DNA of 64,000 bases from Chitinophaga pinensis. GTDB taxonomy: Bacteria; Bacteroidota; Bacteroidia; Chitinophagales; CAIOSU01. Shown one piece after another: positions 17,836 to 26,444 of the stretch. A program made the position numbers and the translations under genes. The notes below the pieces were generated by a model. That model was given only the letters and a program-made list of their open reading frames with translations. It was not told where the DNA came from and ran no database searches. The stretch's first letter is position 1. Each line of letters starts with the position of its first letter. Location: the NCBI GenBank assembly GCA_945901065.1, contig CAMDKI010000006.1, positions 88,876 through 152,875 of the forward strand, in the 5' to 3' direction.

Positions 17836-18285
17836 ATGAAAACCCACCACATACTCATAGAAACCAAAGTAGAGCAAGACTACACCACGGTGTTCAATCA
17901 ATTTGATGAACGGCTTTTTAAGGCCTTGCAGCCGCCGTTTCCGCCATCGGAGTTATTGCGATTTGATGGCAGCGAAGTGGGCAATGAGGTGCACATCAAA
18001 CTGTTCACAGGTTTTAAGTGGCAGGTTTGGAAAAGTATTATCACGGAGCGCACTTATGGCGAAACGGAGCATGTGTTTATTGATAAGGGCATACAGTTAC
18101 CCTTCTTTTTGAAACACTGGGAGCACCGCCACCGTGTGCGCAAAGAAGCCAATGGCAGCACTATAATTGATGATATTACCTTGGCGTTTAGTTCGCCGGT
18201 TTTGTTCCCTTTATTCTATCCAGCAACTTATGCGCAGTTTGCATTGCGAGTATCCACTTACAAAAAAGTGTTCAAAAAAAAATGA
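17836..18285 (+). CDS. Hypothetical protein, possibly SRPBCC-fold
   Basis: A 149-aa ORF whose alpha/beta composition and length are compatible with SRPBCC ligand-binding proteins. Family assignment is weak. Confidence 0.5.
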   Translation: MKTHHILIETKVEQDYTTVFNQFDERLFKALQPPFPPSELLRFDGSEVGNEVHIKLFTGFKWQVWKSIITERTYGETEHVFIDKGIQLPFFLKHWEHRHRVRKEANGSTIIDDITLAFSSPVLFPLFYPATYAQFALRVSTYKKVFKKK

Positions 18286-18308
18286 GGATAAGCTCTGCCT
18301 ATCCTCAT
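18274..18308 (-). terminator. Rho-independent terminator of lepA (minus strand)
   Basis: Stem atgaggata (18282-18290) with tatcctcat (18300-18308). On the minus strand it is followed by a 9-nt T-run, which is the A-run at 18274-18282 on the plus strand. Confidence 0.7.
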
Positions 18309-18339
18309 TCCATATCTACATGGTTAGCAGTTATTGCTA

Positions 18340-20139
18340 TTAATCTTCGTTGAGTTTAAGTACCGCCATAAACGCTGCTTGTGGCACTTCTACGTTGCCC
18401 ACTTGGCGCATGCGTTTCTTACCTTTTTTCTGCTTTTCCAATAGCTTACGCTTACGCGATATGTCACCACCATAACACTTGGCGGTTACGTCTTTGCGCA
18501 TGGCGCTAATGGTTTCGCGGGCAATAATTTTGGCGCCAATAGCTGCTTGTATTGCAATTACGAACTGTTGCTTCGGTACCAAGTCTTTCAACTTGGCGCA
18601 TAAGCGACGACCAAAGTCATATGCCTTATCGCGGTGTATAAGCGATGAAAACGCATCCACGTTTTCACTATTAAGCTTTATGTCCATCTTCACCATATCG
18701 CCCACTTCATAGCCACTCATATGGTAATCGAAGGAAGCATAACCTTTTGAAATAGATTTCAAACGGTCATAAAAGTCGAACACAATTTCGGCCAACGGCA
18801 TATGGAAGGTAAGCTCTACGCGGGTTGGGGTAAGATAGCTTTGGTTTCGAAGAATACCACGCTTGTCCATACACAACTTCATGATGCTGCCGATGTACTC
18901 AGGCTTGGTAATCACTTGTGCCTTGATGTAAGGTTCCTCAACATGGTCCAAGGTAGTTGGGTCCGGTAGGTCGCTCGGGTTGTTTACTATCAGCTTTTCG
19001 CCTTTGGTAGTAAAGGCATAGTATGATACGTTGGGTACGGTAGTAATTACCGTCATATCAAACTCACGCTCTAGGCGCTCCTGCACAATATCCAAATGCA
19101 ACATACCTAAGAAACCGCAACGGAAACCGAAACCTAGGGCAACGGAGCTTTCCGGTTCAAATATCAACGAGGCGTCGTTCAATTGCAACTTCTCTAACGA
19201 TTCGCGAAGTTCCTCAAAATCGTCATTATCAATTGGGTAAATACCCGCAAATACCATCGGTTTCACATCCTCAAAACCCTTGATACTTGGGGCCGAGCTA
19301 GAAAAGTGCGTTATAGTATCACCTACTTTAATCTCCCTTGAAACCTTTATGCCAGTAATAATGTAACCTACGTTTCCCGCACTGATGCTTTCTTTGGGTT
19401 CGTCTTTAAAACGAAGGATACCTACCTCATCGGCTACGTATACTTTGCCCGTATTCACAAATTTTACCTTGTCAAACTTCTTTAGTGTGCCGTTTATGAT
19501 TCTAAAATAAGCCACCACCCCACGGAAAGGGTTGAAGAACGAATCAAAAATCAAGGCTTGCAATGGGGCTTCTGGGTCGCCTTTAGGGGCCGGAATGCGC
19601 TCTACAATGGCCGCCAAAATACCTTCCATGCCTATACCCGTTTTGCCGCTAGCCAACAATATATCTTCGGCTTTGCAACCCACAAGGTCAACAATTTGGT
19701 CGGTTACTTCCTCTATCATCGCACCGTCCATATCAATCTTGTTGATCACCGGAATGATTTCAAGGTTGTTTTCGATGGCAAGGTATAGGTTACTAATGGT
19801 TTGTGCCTGTATGCCCTGTGAGGCATCCACCAGCAACAAAGCACCCTCGCAGGCAGCCAAGGCACGTGATACTTCATAAGAGAAATCGACGTGGCCGGGA
19901 GTATCTATCAGGTTAAAGGTGTACTCCTCGCCATTGTGGGGGTAGTACATTTGTATGGCATGGCTCTTAATAGTGATGCCACGCTCCCGCTCTAAATCCA
20001 TGTTATCGAGCACCTGGTCTTGCATTTCGCGCTCTCCCACCGTTTTGGTAAGGGTAAGCAATCGGTCGGCCAAAGTGCTCTTGCCATGGTCAATGTGCGC
20101 TATTATACAGAAGTTGCGAATGTTCTTCATAGACTGCAA
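18340..20139 (-). CDS. lepA: Translation elongation factor 4 (LepA)
   Basis: Contains [21 protein letters not shown] and the LepA-specific C-terminal domain; 599 aa. Confidence 0.96.
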   Translation of the reverse strand: MQSMKNIRNFCIIAHIDHGKSTLADRLLTLTKTVGEREMQDQVLDNMDLERERGITIKSHAIQMYYPHNGEEYTFNLIDTPGHVDFSYEVSRALAACEGALLLVDASQGIQAQTISNLYLAIENNLEIIPVINKIDMDGAMIEEVTDQIVDLVGCKAEDILLASGKTGIGMEGILAAIVERIPAPKGDPEAPLQALIFDSFFNPFRGVVAYFRIINGTLKKFDKVKFVNTGKVYVADEVGILRFKDEPKESISAGNVGYIITGIKVSREIKVGDTITHFSSSAPSIKGFEDVKPMVFAGIYPIDNDDFEELRESLEKLQLNDASLIFEPESSVALGFGFRCGFLGMLHLDIVQERLEREFDMTVITTVPNVSYYAFTTKGEKLIVNNPSDLPDPTTLDHVEEPYIKAQVITKPEYIGSIMKLCMDKRGILRNQSYLTPTRVELTFHMPLAEIVFDFYDRLKSISKGYASFDYHMSGYEVGDMVKMDIKLNSENVDAFSSLIHRDKAYDFGRRLCAKLKDLVPKQQFVIAIQAAIGAKIIARETISAMRKDVTAKCYGGDISRKRKLLEKQKKGKKRMRQVGNVEVPQAAFMAVLKLNED

Positions 20140-20582
20140 AATTAGCGTTTTTTGGCTGAAAAAATCACCTTAAAATTGGGGTTTACTGGTTGATTCAAAT
20201 TATGGTCTGGATGCATAGCTACCAACCTTAAGGTGCCGCTTGAGCGTTTGGATGCAGTTGTTATTGCCGTAACACTTGTTTGTTTATGATTATTTCATTC
20301 AAATTAAACACATTGCCAATTTATGGACACCTCAAAAAATGGATAAACCACCAACGATGTGCATAAATATATTTTTGGTTATCAACAGTTGTTGAAAAAC
20401 CAATCGGCGCAAAAGCTTAAGCTCTCAATATCAATGCATAATGACTGTAAGCGTAAGGTTGATTTTGTGGGTAAATGCGTGGAGAAATATTGCACATTTT
20501 TAATCGCGTTTGCGTTCTTCTAAATAGGAATGATGGTGGTATCTTTGAACCCCTTGCAAAAACAACTAACACTCACTTAACA

Positions 20583-22130
20583 ATGGCCGACCAACCAAAT
20601 ACTACCCGAAGAGGCTCTTTTACCGACCGCAAAAAGAATTTCGAGACATCGGAATTTGGAAAGGTGCCGCCGCAGGCCCGCGATTTGGAAGAGGCCGTAT
20701 TGGGTGCTTTGATGTTGGAAAAAGATGCAGTGAGTACCGTAATTGATATTCTGAAACCAGATAGCTTTTACGTTAACAGCCACCAGCACATATACCGCGC
20801 CATATTGAGCTTGTTTGGTGCCTCGCAGCCTATTGACATGCTTACTGTAAGCGAAGAGCTTAAGAAGCTTGGTGTGATGGAAGAGGCGGGCGGATTGATG
20901 TACATAACTGGGCTTACCAACAAGGTAGCCTCGGCTGCCAACGTAGAGCACCACGCTCGCATTATCAGTCAAAAACACATTCAACGTGAACTGATTCGCA
21001 TCAGCAGCGAAATCATCCGCGACTCATATGAAGATACCACCGACGTTTTCCAGCTATTGGACAAGGCAGAGCAAAACCTATTTTCGGTAGCGGAGCAAAA
21101 CTTGAGCCGCAGCTACGATAGCATGAGCAGCCTATTGAGCCAAGCCATTAAACAAATAGAAGACCTTCGCGACCAAGAAGACGGCCTTACTGGTGTGCCT
21201 ACTGGTTTCACGGCCTTGGATAGGTTGACGGGTGGATGGCAAAAATCGGATTTGATTATCACGGCGGCCCGCCCAGGTATGGGTAAAACCTCGTTTGTAT
21301 TGGCCATTGCCCGTAATGCGGCAGTCGACTTTAAGAAACCAGTAGCGTTGTTCTCACTAGAGATGAGCTCGTTGCAGTTGGTAAATAGGTTAATAAGCAT
21401 GGAGGCCGAAATACCTGGCGACAAATTGCGCCGCGGTACGCTGGAAAAGTGGGAATGGGAACAATTGACCCATAAGATTGACTGCCTGAGCGATGCGCCG
21501 ATATTTATTGACGATACCCCTGCCATCAACATTTTTGAGCTACGCGCCAAATGCCGCCGTTTGAAAATGCAGCACGATATACAAATGGTTATTGTAGATT
21601 ACTTGCAGCTAATGACCGGCGGTAGCGGCGATGGTAAAGGCGGTGGCAACCGTGAGCAAGAGATTAGCTCCATATCGCGTGGCTTAAAGGCCTTGGCGAA
21701 GGAGTTGCAGATACCGGTAATAGCCCTGTCGCAGTTGAGTCGTGCCGTGGAAACCCGTGGCGGCGACAAACGCCCGCAATTGAGTGACCTTCGTGAATCG
21801 GGTGCGATTGAGCAAGATGCGGATTTGGTAATTTTCCTATACCGCCCCGAGTACTATGGTATGGATACTGACGAGAATGGCATGAGCCTGAAAGGCGTGG
21901 GCGAAGTAATCATAGCCAAGCACCGAAATGGTGCGCTAGAAACGGTACGTACCAAGTTCGTGAGCAAGTTTGCCAAATTTATGGACCTAGAGGACGATAG
22001 CTTCAATGCTATGGGAAGTGGCCCTATACCCCGCCCTAGCGAAGAAGACTTCAACGATTTCAACTCTAACGCCATCGTTCGCCAAAGCAAAATGAACCGG
22101 CCGGCGGAAGATGATGATGTGCCGTTCTAA
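20583..22130 (+). CDS. dnaB: Replicative DNA helicase DnaB
   Basis: Walker A ARPGMGKTSF, SLEMS, and the RecA-like C-terminal domain ending ...IIAKHRNG. Start moved to the ATG at 20583 (MADQPNTT), which gives 515 aa. The ORF-track extension from 20475 has no helicase-like sequence. Confidence 0.93.
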   Translation: MADQPNTTRRGSFTDRKKNFETSEFGKVPPQARDLEEAVLGALMLEKDAVSTVIDILKPDSFYVNSHQHIYRAILSLFGASQPIDMLTVSEELKKLGVMEEAGGLMYITGLTNKVASAANVEHHARIISQKHIQRELIRISSEIIRDSYEDTTDVFQLLDKAEQNLFSVAEQNLSRSYDSMSSLLSQAIKQIEDLRDQEDGLTGVPTGFTALDRLTGGWQKSDLIITAARPGMGKTSFVLAIARNAAVDFKKPVALFSLEMSSLQLVNRLISMEAEIPGDKLRRGTLEKWEWEQLTHKIDCLSDAPIFIDDTPAINIFELRAKCRRLKMQHDIQMVIVDYLQLMTGGSGDGKGGGNREQEISSISRGLKALAKELQIPVIALSQLSRAVETRGGDKRPQLSDLRESGAIEQDADLVIFLYRPEYYGMDTDENGMSLKGVGEVIIAKHRNGALETVRTKFVSKFAKFMDLEDDSFNAMGSGPIPRPSEEDFNDFNSNAIVRQSKMNRPAEDDDVPF

Positions 22131-22215
22131 TTTGGTTACTGGTTGATTTGTTTTTGGTTGATTGGTTCTGCTATAAATTTAATCCGCACATTGGTAAATC
22201 TGCACAACGTTACAT

Positions 22216-22246
22216 CATTTTCAAATTAGCACATTTTCAAATTGCC
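22216..22246. repeat. Half copy (single arm) of the REP-like element
   Basis: cattttcaaattagcacattttcaaattgcc. No inverted partner lies within 100 nt. It overlaps the TTG start of the next gene. Confidence 0.7.
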
Positions 22247-22700
22247 TAATTCCTTCTCCATCCCCTTTCCGAAATACAACCTAAAGTTCCGCGTAGTGGA
22301 GCAGCGTAGGGAGGTATGGGATATTATCCGTAAAAAATATGTTGTGCTTACACCCGAAGAGTGGGTGCGGCAGTTGCTTATCCATTATTTGGTGGAGGAG
22401 AAAGGTTACACAGCTAGCTTGCTGGCTATAGAGAAGGGCATAAACCTGAACGGTACCCAAAAGCGCTGCGACATAGTAGCCTATAACACAACCGGGGCTC
22501 CGCAACTCATAGTAGAGTGCAAAGCCCCGGAAGTATTGTTAACGGATGCCGCTATGGAACAAGCGGCGCGTTATAATCTCGTTTTGCGGGTTCCGTATCT
22601 GTTGGTTGGTAACGGGAACGATTTTTACTGTGTAGCCCTGGATCTAGCTAAAAGTACCTACCGTTTCCTCCCTAGTATTCCGGAGCTTAACAATTTGTAG
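22242..22700 (+). CDS. Stand-alone type I restriction enzyme HsdR N-terminal-like (PD-(D/E)xK) domain protein
   Basis: IRKKYVVLTPEEWVRQLLIHYL...RCDIVAY...IVECKAP matches the conserved Bacteroidota HSDR_N_2-type family. It has a TTG start. Confidence 0.8.
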   Translation: MPNSFSIPFPKYNLKFRVVEQRREVWDIIRKKYVVLTPEEWVRQLLIHYLVEEKGYTASLLAIEKGINLNGTQKRCDIVAYNTTGAPQLIVECKAPEVLLTDAAMEQAARYNLVLRVPYLLVGNGNDFYCVALDLAKSTYRFLPSIPELNNL

Positions 22701-22781
22701 AATTACGAGGTACGAGGTCAGAGTAAGTGATAATTAGTTTACCTCAATCGTCATTCGTAAATCGTACTTCGTACTTAATTT
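22701..22781. repeat. Heptamer-array inverted element. Left arm is (ATTACGA GGTACGA GGTCAGA); the right arm is the inverse array (CGTCATT CGTAAAT CGTACTT CGTACTT).
   Basis: It almost exactly fills the 83-nt spacer between the convergent hsdR_N-like and gdh genes. The 7-nt periodicity is read directly from the sequence. Confidence 0.75.
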
Positions 22782-22783
22782 AC

Positions 22784-24217
22784 TTATGGGAAAATGCCCA
22801 TAGCCATGTATGATTCAGATATTTTTTGAATGGCTACCACAAATGCTGCGGTACGCATACTCTTCATATCCTTATGCTTTTTGGCTACTTCGCGTATTTG
22901 CCTGTAGGCCTCAATCATGGTTTCTTCCAAGCCTGAGTTTACAATGTCAATCTCATCGGCACCACGAGTAATCATACCACGTTCTTTTTCGCCCAACTGA
23001 CGACCAGTAAGACGCTCAACGGTGCTAATAATGTTGTTGTAAGTGCTTTCGTCGGCACGCTTTTGCATACGGCCAAAGCGCACGTGCGATAGGTTTTTCA
23101 ACCACTCAAAGTAAGAAACCGTAACACCTCCTGCATTCAGGTACATGTCAGGTATGATCAAACAACCTTTCTCCAGCAAAATCTCCTCACCCATCGGTGT
23201 TACAGGGCCATTGGCCGCTTCGGCAATAATTTTAGCCTTAATTCGGGATGCGTTCTCTTCTGTAATCTGATTCTCCAAAGCTGCTGGAATCAAAATGTCA
23301 CACTCCAATTCGAGGGCAGCAGCACTAATAGCAATGTTGGTAGCCCCAGGGAAGTTAAGAATTGAGCCAGTTTCCTTACGGTGCTTAACCAATTTCATTA
23401 CATCTAAACCGTTAGGGTCGTGTATGGCACCTTCAAGCTCGGCAATGGCGATAATTTTGCAGCCTTCTTCTTCCATGAATTTGGCAGCATAATAACCTAC
23501 GTTACCCAAACCTTGAATTACCACGGTTTTGTCTTTCAGGCCCACAGTCATGCCAATGGCTTTCATGTCGTCCTTATAACTCACAATCTCGCGGAGGCCA
23601 AACATCACACCTCGGCCAGTAGCCTCGGTACGCCCGCGTATGCCACCTTGGCTTACGGGTTTACCAGTTACACAACCATAGCCATCAATTTGGCCTGGGT
23701 GGTAACTCATGTACGTATCCAAAATCCAAGCCATTTCTCGCTCACCGGTACCGTAATCGGGCGCTGGTACATCAATACCAGGGCCAATAAAGTTTTTCTT
23801 AATCAGCTCCACGGTGTAGCGGCGGGTTATACGCTCCAATTGTTTTGCGGTCGTATTACGTGGACTGATTTTGATACCTCCTTTTGCACCTCCAAAAGGT
23901 ACATCCACAATAGCACACTTGTAAGTCATAAGGGCGGCCAAGGCCATTACCTCATCTTGATTTACATGGATACTGTAGCGGATACCACCTTTGGTGGGCA
24001 TGCGGTGATGACTGTGTTGGGCACGGTAAGCTTCAATTACTTGGTATTCGTTTCCCATTTTCACGGGAAAATGCATCGTGTAAACAGAGTTACACACTTT
24101 AATCTGCTCGAGCAGACCTTTAGGCAGCTTGGTAAAAACAGCCGCCTTGTCAAAGTACATCTCTACGTTTTGGTAAAAGCTGTACTTGGCAATCTTCGCA
24201 TTAGGATCATTTGCCAT
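22784..24217 (-). CDS. Glutamate dehydrogenase (Glu/Leu/Phe/Val dehydrogenase family, long type)
   Basis: Contains [15 protein letters not shown] and the Rossmann motif GLGNVG; 477 aa. Confidence 0.92.
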   Translation of the reverse strand: MANDPNAKIAKYSFYQNVEMYFDKAAVFTKLPKGLLEQIKVCNSVYTMHFPVKMGNEYQVIEAYRAQHSHHRMPTKGGIRYSIHVNQDEVMALAALMTYKCAIVDVPFGGAKGGIKISPRNTTAKQLERITRRYTVELIKKNFIGPGIDVPAPDYGTGEREMAWILDTYMSYHPGQIDGYGCVTGKPVSQGGIRGRTEATGRGVMFGLREIVSYKDDMKAIGMTVGLKDKTVVIQGLGNVGYYAAKFMEEEGCKIIAIAELEGAIHDPNGLDVMKLVKHRKETGSILNFPGATNIAISAAALELECDILIPAALENQITEENASRIKAKIIAEAANGPVTPMGEEILLEKGCLIIPDMYLNAGGVTVSYFEWLKNLSHVRFGRMQKRADESTYNNIISTVERLTGRQLGEKERGMITRGADEIDIVNSGLEETMIEAYRQIREVAKKHKDMKSMRTAAFVVAIQKISESYMAMGIFP

Positions 24218-24461
24218 AATTGTTGTTTTTGTTCATAATATCCCCTTCTAGGCGGGAAATTCTTGACTCCAAATGTAGGAGAAATGCAGTGATTCCAAAA
24301 AAGATTAGTGCTAATACCGAAATCACGACAAATATCTTACCTGTGTTCCACAGGTTTTCATTGTTTATTGTGTACTTGCCGGTATTGGCCAAATACAATG
24401 CAGTAGCGGCTAATGCGATAAACGCTGCACCCAAAATTATCTTAGGAAACCATGCTTTCAT
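24207..24461 (-). CDS. CcmD-family small membrane protein
   Basis: An 84-aa protein. Its second TM segment is followed by [13 protein letters not shown], as in Bacteroidota CcmD-like proteins. It overlaps the ccmC-like gene by 20 nt and gdh by 11 nt. Confidence 0.6.
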   Translation of the reverse strand: MKAWFPKIILGAAFIALAATALYLANTGKYTINNENLWNTGKIFVVISVLALIFFGITAFLLHLESRISRLEGDIMNKNNNYGK

Positions 24462-25518
24462 ATGGGGTATCTATTTGTTCTTGCTGTTTTTCCAGCAATA
24501 AAGTATATCGAATGCGCAAACTCATAATCCAGTAGCCAATGCCTGTAAAGCCGATAACGGCCGCGTAAAAAACAGGGCGCAACCGGTTATCCAAATCATA
24601 ATTGCTAAATGCAGGGTTGCCGCCATTGCCTGGGTGCAACGAGTCGCTTAGGCGCGGCAGCACAAATATGAAGATAATGTAAATAATAAAGGCAAAAATA
24701 CCATACACCGCCGATACTTTGGCGCGTTGATCGCGCTGGGTAAGCGAACCACGTAGCACAAAGTAGGCCAAATAGGTAAGCATACCCACAGCAGCACCGT
24801 TTAGTTTAGGGTCGTTGGTCCAAGGGGTGCCCCAAGTGAAGTTAGCCCAGGTCATGCCCGTTACTATACCCAATGCACCAAACAGCATGGCTACAAATGC
24901 CGCTTCTTTGGCAAACACATCGTAAAGCATATTATTGCTGTTGAGGTAGGCAATACTGCTACCAAAAGAACATACCAACAAGAGCAACATTGCAAACCAC
25001 AGTGGTACGTGGTAAAACAGGTTACGGATGCTCTCGTATAATATCTCCCTATATGGATAGCTCATATTAGCGCTAGCATGTATCTCCAAATCTTTAGCAC
25101 AAGTATGGGTTGCGCCGTTGGAGGGGTTGCTACCCGCCAAAACAACAGCACTACGCAAGAAAAAAGTGCCGCCTACTGCATCGTCAATGACAACATTGAA
25201 AGGCTTGGTGCCATTAATGCCCAAGGAATCGGGTATATTGAAAACAGCCGTTAAATTAACGGGTGACAAAATAGTAACCGCATTGGCACAAAAAAACAAC
25301 TCATTGCCCCTCAAATAAACCTTGGGTACCTTATTGTTTTCAAAATTTGTGTTGTAAGTAGTTATGGCAAGCGAAAGTGTTTGGCCTTCAGTTGCTTTTT
25401 CGGGCCCAACGGCTGTGATACCTGAGCTTAATGGAAAGTACATTCCGGCTACCAGAGCGACTAGCAAAAAAGCTACCGATACAAATTTCCACCAACGTTT
25501 CCTGAGCAAGTTCAGCAT
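24442..25518 (-). CDS. ccmC: Cytochrome c assembly protein CcmC/CcsA-like with an N-terminal extracytoplasmic domain
   Basis: Tryptophan-rich haem-handling motif WGTPWTNDPK. Start moved to the ATG at 25518 (MLNLLRKRWW), which removes the overlap with ccmB. Confidence 0.8.
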   Translation of the reverse strand: MLNLLRKRWWKFVSVAFLLVALVAGMYFPLSSGITAVGPEKATEGQTLSLAITTYNTNFENNKVPKVYLRGNELFFCANAVTILSPVNLTAVFNIPDSLGINGTKPFNVVIDDAVGGTFFLRSAVVLAGSNPSNGATHTCAKDLEIHASANMSYPYREILYESIRNLFYHVPLWFAMLLLLVCSFGSSIAYLNSNNMLYDVFAKEAAFVAMLFGALGIVTGMTWANFTWGTPWTNDPKLNGAAVGMLTYLAYFVLRGSLTQRDQRAKVSAVYGIFAFIIYIIFIFVLPRLSDSLHPGNGGNPAFSNYDLDNRLRPVFYAAVIGFTGIGYWIMSLRIRYTLLLEKQQEQIDTPYESMVS

Positions 25519-25525
25519 AATTTTC

Positions 25526-26200
25526 TCAGTCTCTCCAGAGATATGGGAATAAAATAAATGATAAAGCCACCAACATGGCATCCAAAGCTAGCAAAGTTAC
25601 CAGCAATCCCGAAACATCATCAAAAGAAGCTTCGGCCACGAATGCAAAGCGCGACAATTTTAACAATATCAATATCAAAGGTAGTATAACTGGGAAACTT
25701 AAAATAGCCATGAGGGTAGCATTGTTGCCAGCCTTGGCCGCAATGGCCGAAATCATGCTCAATAAAAAAGAAAAACCCAGCCCACCCAAAAGCACCACCA
25801 CACTGAATATGGCCCACTGCCCTACTGGCGAACCCAACATAACCGTGAACACAGCCAAAGCTATAACGGTGAGTAAAATCATCAGCCCAGCATTGTATAC
25901 CATCTTACTAAGTATTACAGCTTGCGGGCTCATGAGGGTATAATAATAGAGGTTGCGTTCCCTATTTTCTTGCGTAAAACTTTTGGCTATGGCATTAACG
26001 GCCGTAAACAGCAGTGTAATCCAAAAAAGTACGTTCCAAGTCGTTTTTGCTAGCTCTTCGTTGCCTTGGTTGAGGCTGGTGTAGATAACAAACACCGTAG
26101 ACACTACGTACAAAGCAATACCCCCTAGGGCATATTTCTGCCTCCATTCCAGCAGCAACTCTTTGGCTACCAAGTACCGTACTTCTTGTGCGAGGTTCAT
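25526..26200 (-). CDS. ccmB: Haem exporter permease CcmB
   Basis: A 224-aa protein with 6 TM segments. The N-terminus (LVAKELLLEWRQKYALGG) is typical of CcmB. Confidence 0.8.
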   Translation of the reverse strand: MNLAQEVRYLVAKELLLEWRQKYALGGIALYVVSTVFVIYTSLNQGNEELAKTTWNVLFWITLLFTAVNAIAKSFTQENRERNLYYYTLMSPQAVILSKMVYNAGLMILLTVIALAVFTVMLGSPVGQWAIFSVVVLLGGLGFSFLLSMISAIAAKAGNNATLMAILSFPVILPLILILLKLSRFAFVAEASFDDVSGLLVTLLALDAMLVALSFILFPYLWRD

Positions 26201-26221
26201 CTTATAGCAAAGATAGCAACA

Positions 26222-26346
26222 GTTACGAGTTGCGAGTTGCGGGTTGCGGGTTAATTTGAAAATAGCTTAGCTAAACTTATCTGAAACTGCCTATCAATTT
26301 AATGGTTCGTTACCAATCGTACCTCGTAAATCGCACTTCGTAAATC
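26222..26346. repeat. Heptamer-array inverted element. Left arm (GTTACGA GTTGCGA GTTGCGG GTTGCGG) plus one AATTTGAAAAT box; right arm is the inverse array (CGTACCT CGTAAAT CGCACTT CGTAAAT).
   Basis: The 7-nt periodicity is read directly. The arms are in inverted orientation, with about 18 of 29 positions complementary by hand count. It lies in the divergent ccmB / CocE-hydrolase spacer. Confidence 0.75.
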
Positions 26347-26444
26347 AATATTACCGCAACATTAATTCCTGGCCCCCTTGCAACCAATTGCCACATATAG
26401 TTTTCTAGTAACCGAACCGCTACCAATCTAAATTAACCTAATCA

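Noticed and set aside
20381-20474. DnaA-box-like 9-mers upstream of dnaB (TTATCAACA at about 20381, TGTGGGTAA at about 20466) as a possible oriC
   Set aside because: There are only two one-mismatch boxes. I found no cluster, no AT-rich unwinding repeats and no dnaA/dnaN neighbourhood. One-mismatch boxes are common by chance.
20475-20582. N-terminal extensions proposed by the ORF track for dnaB (20475), hisF (to 48905), the TonB receptor (30426), the ccmC-like gene (to 25581), the ankyrin protein (8668) and sdhB (41179)
   Set aside because: In each case an internal ATG gives the canonical family N-terminus or a proper signal peptide. The extension is non-homologous sequence, often starting at a TTG/GTG inside a repeat or overlapping the neighbouring gene.
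20183-22148. 13-nt repeat ttactggttgatt flanking dnaB (20183-20195 and 22136-22148)
   Set aside because: For 64 kb, tens of exact 13-mer pairs are expected by chance (about 2e9 pairs / 6.7e7). There is no extended similarity beyond the 13 nt.
23420-24238. A 272-aa plus-strand ORF
   Set aside because: It is entirely antisense to the well-supported glutamate dehydrogenase gene. It has no recognisable motifs and is a typical shadow ORF. The same applies to 41250-41885 (antisense to sdhB), 15383-15865 (antisense to pyrB) and 21113-21550 (antisense to dnaB).
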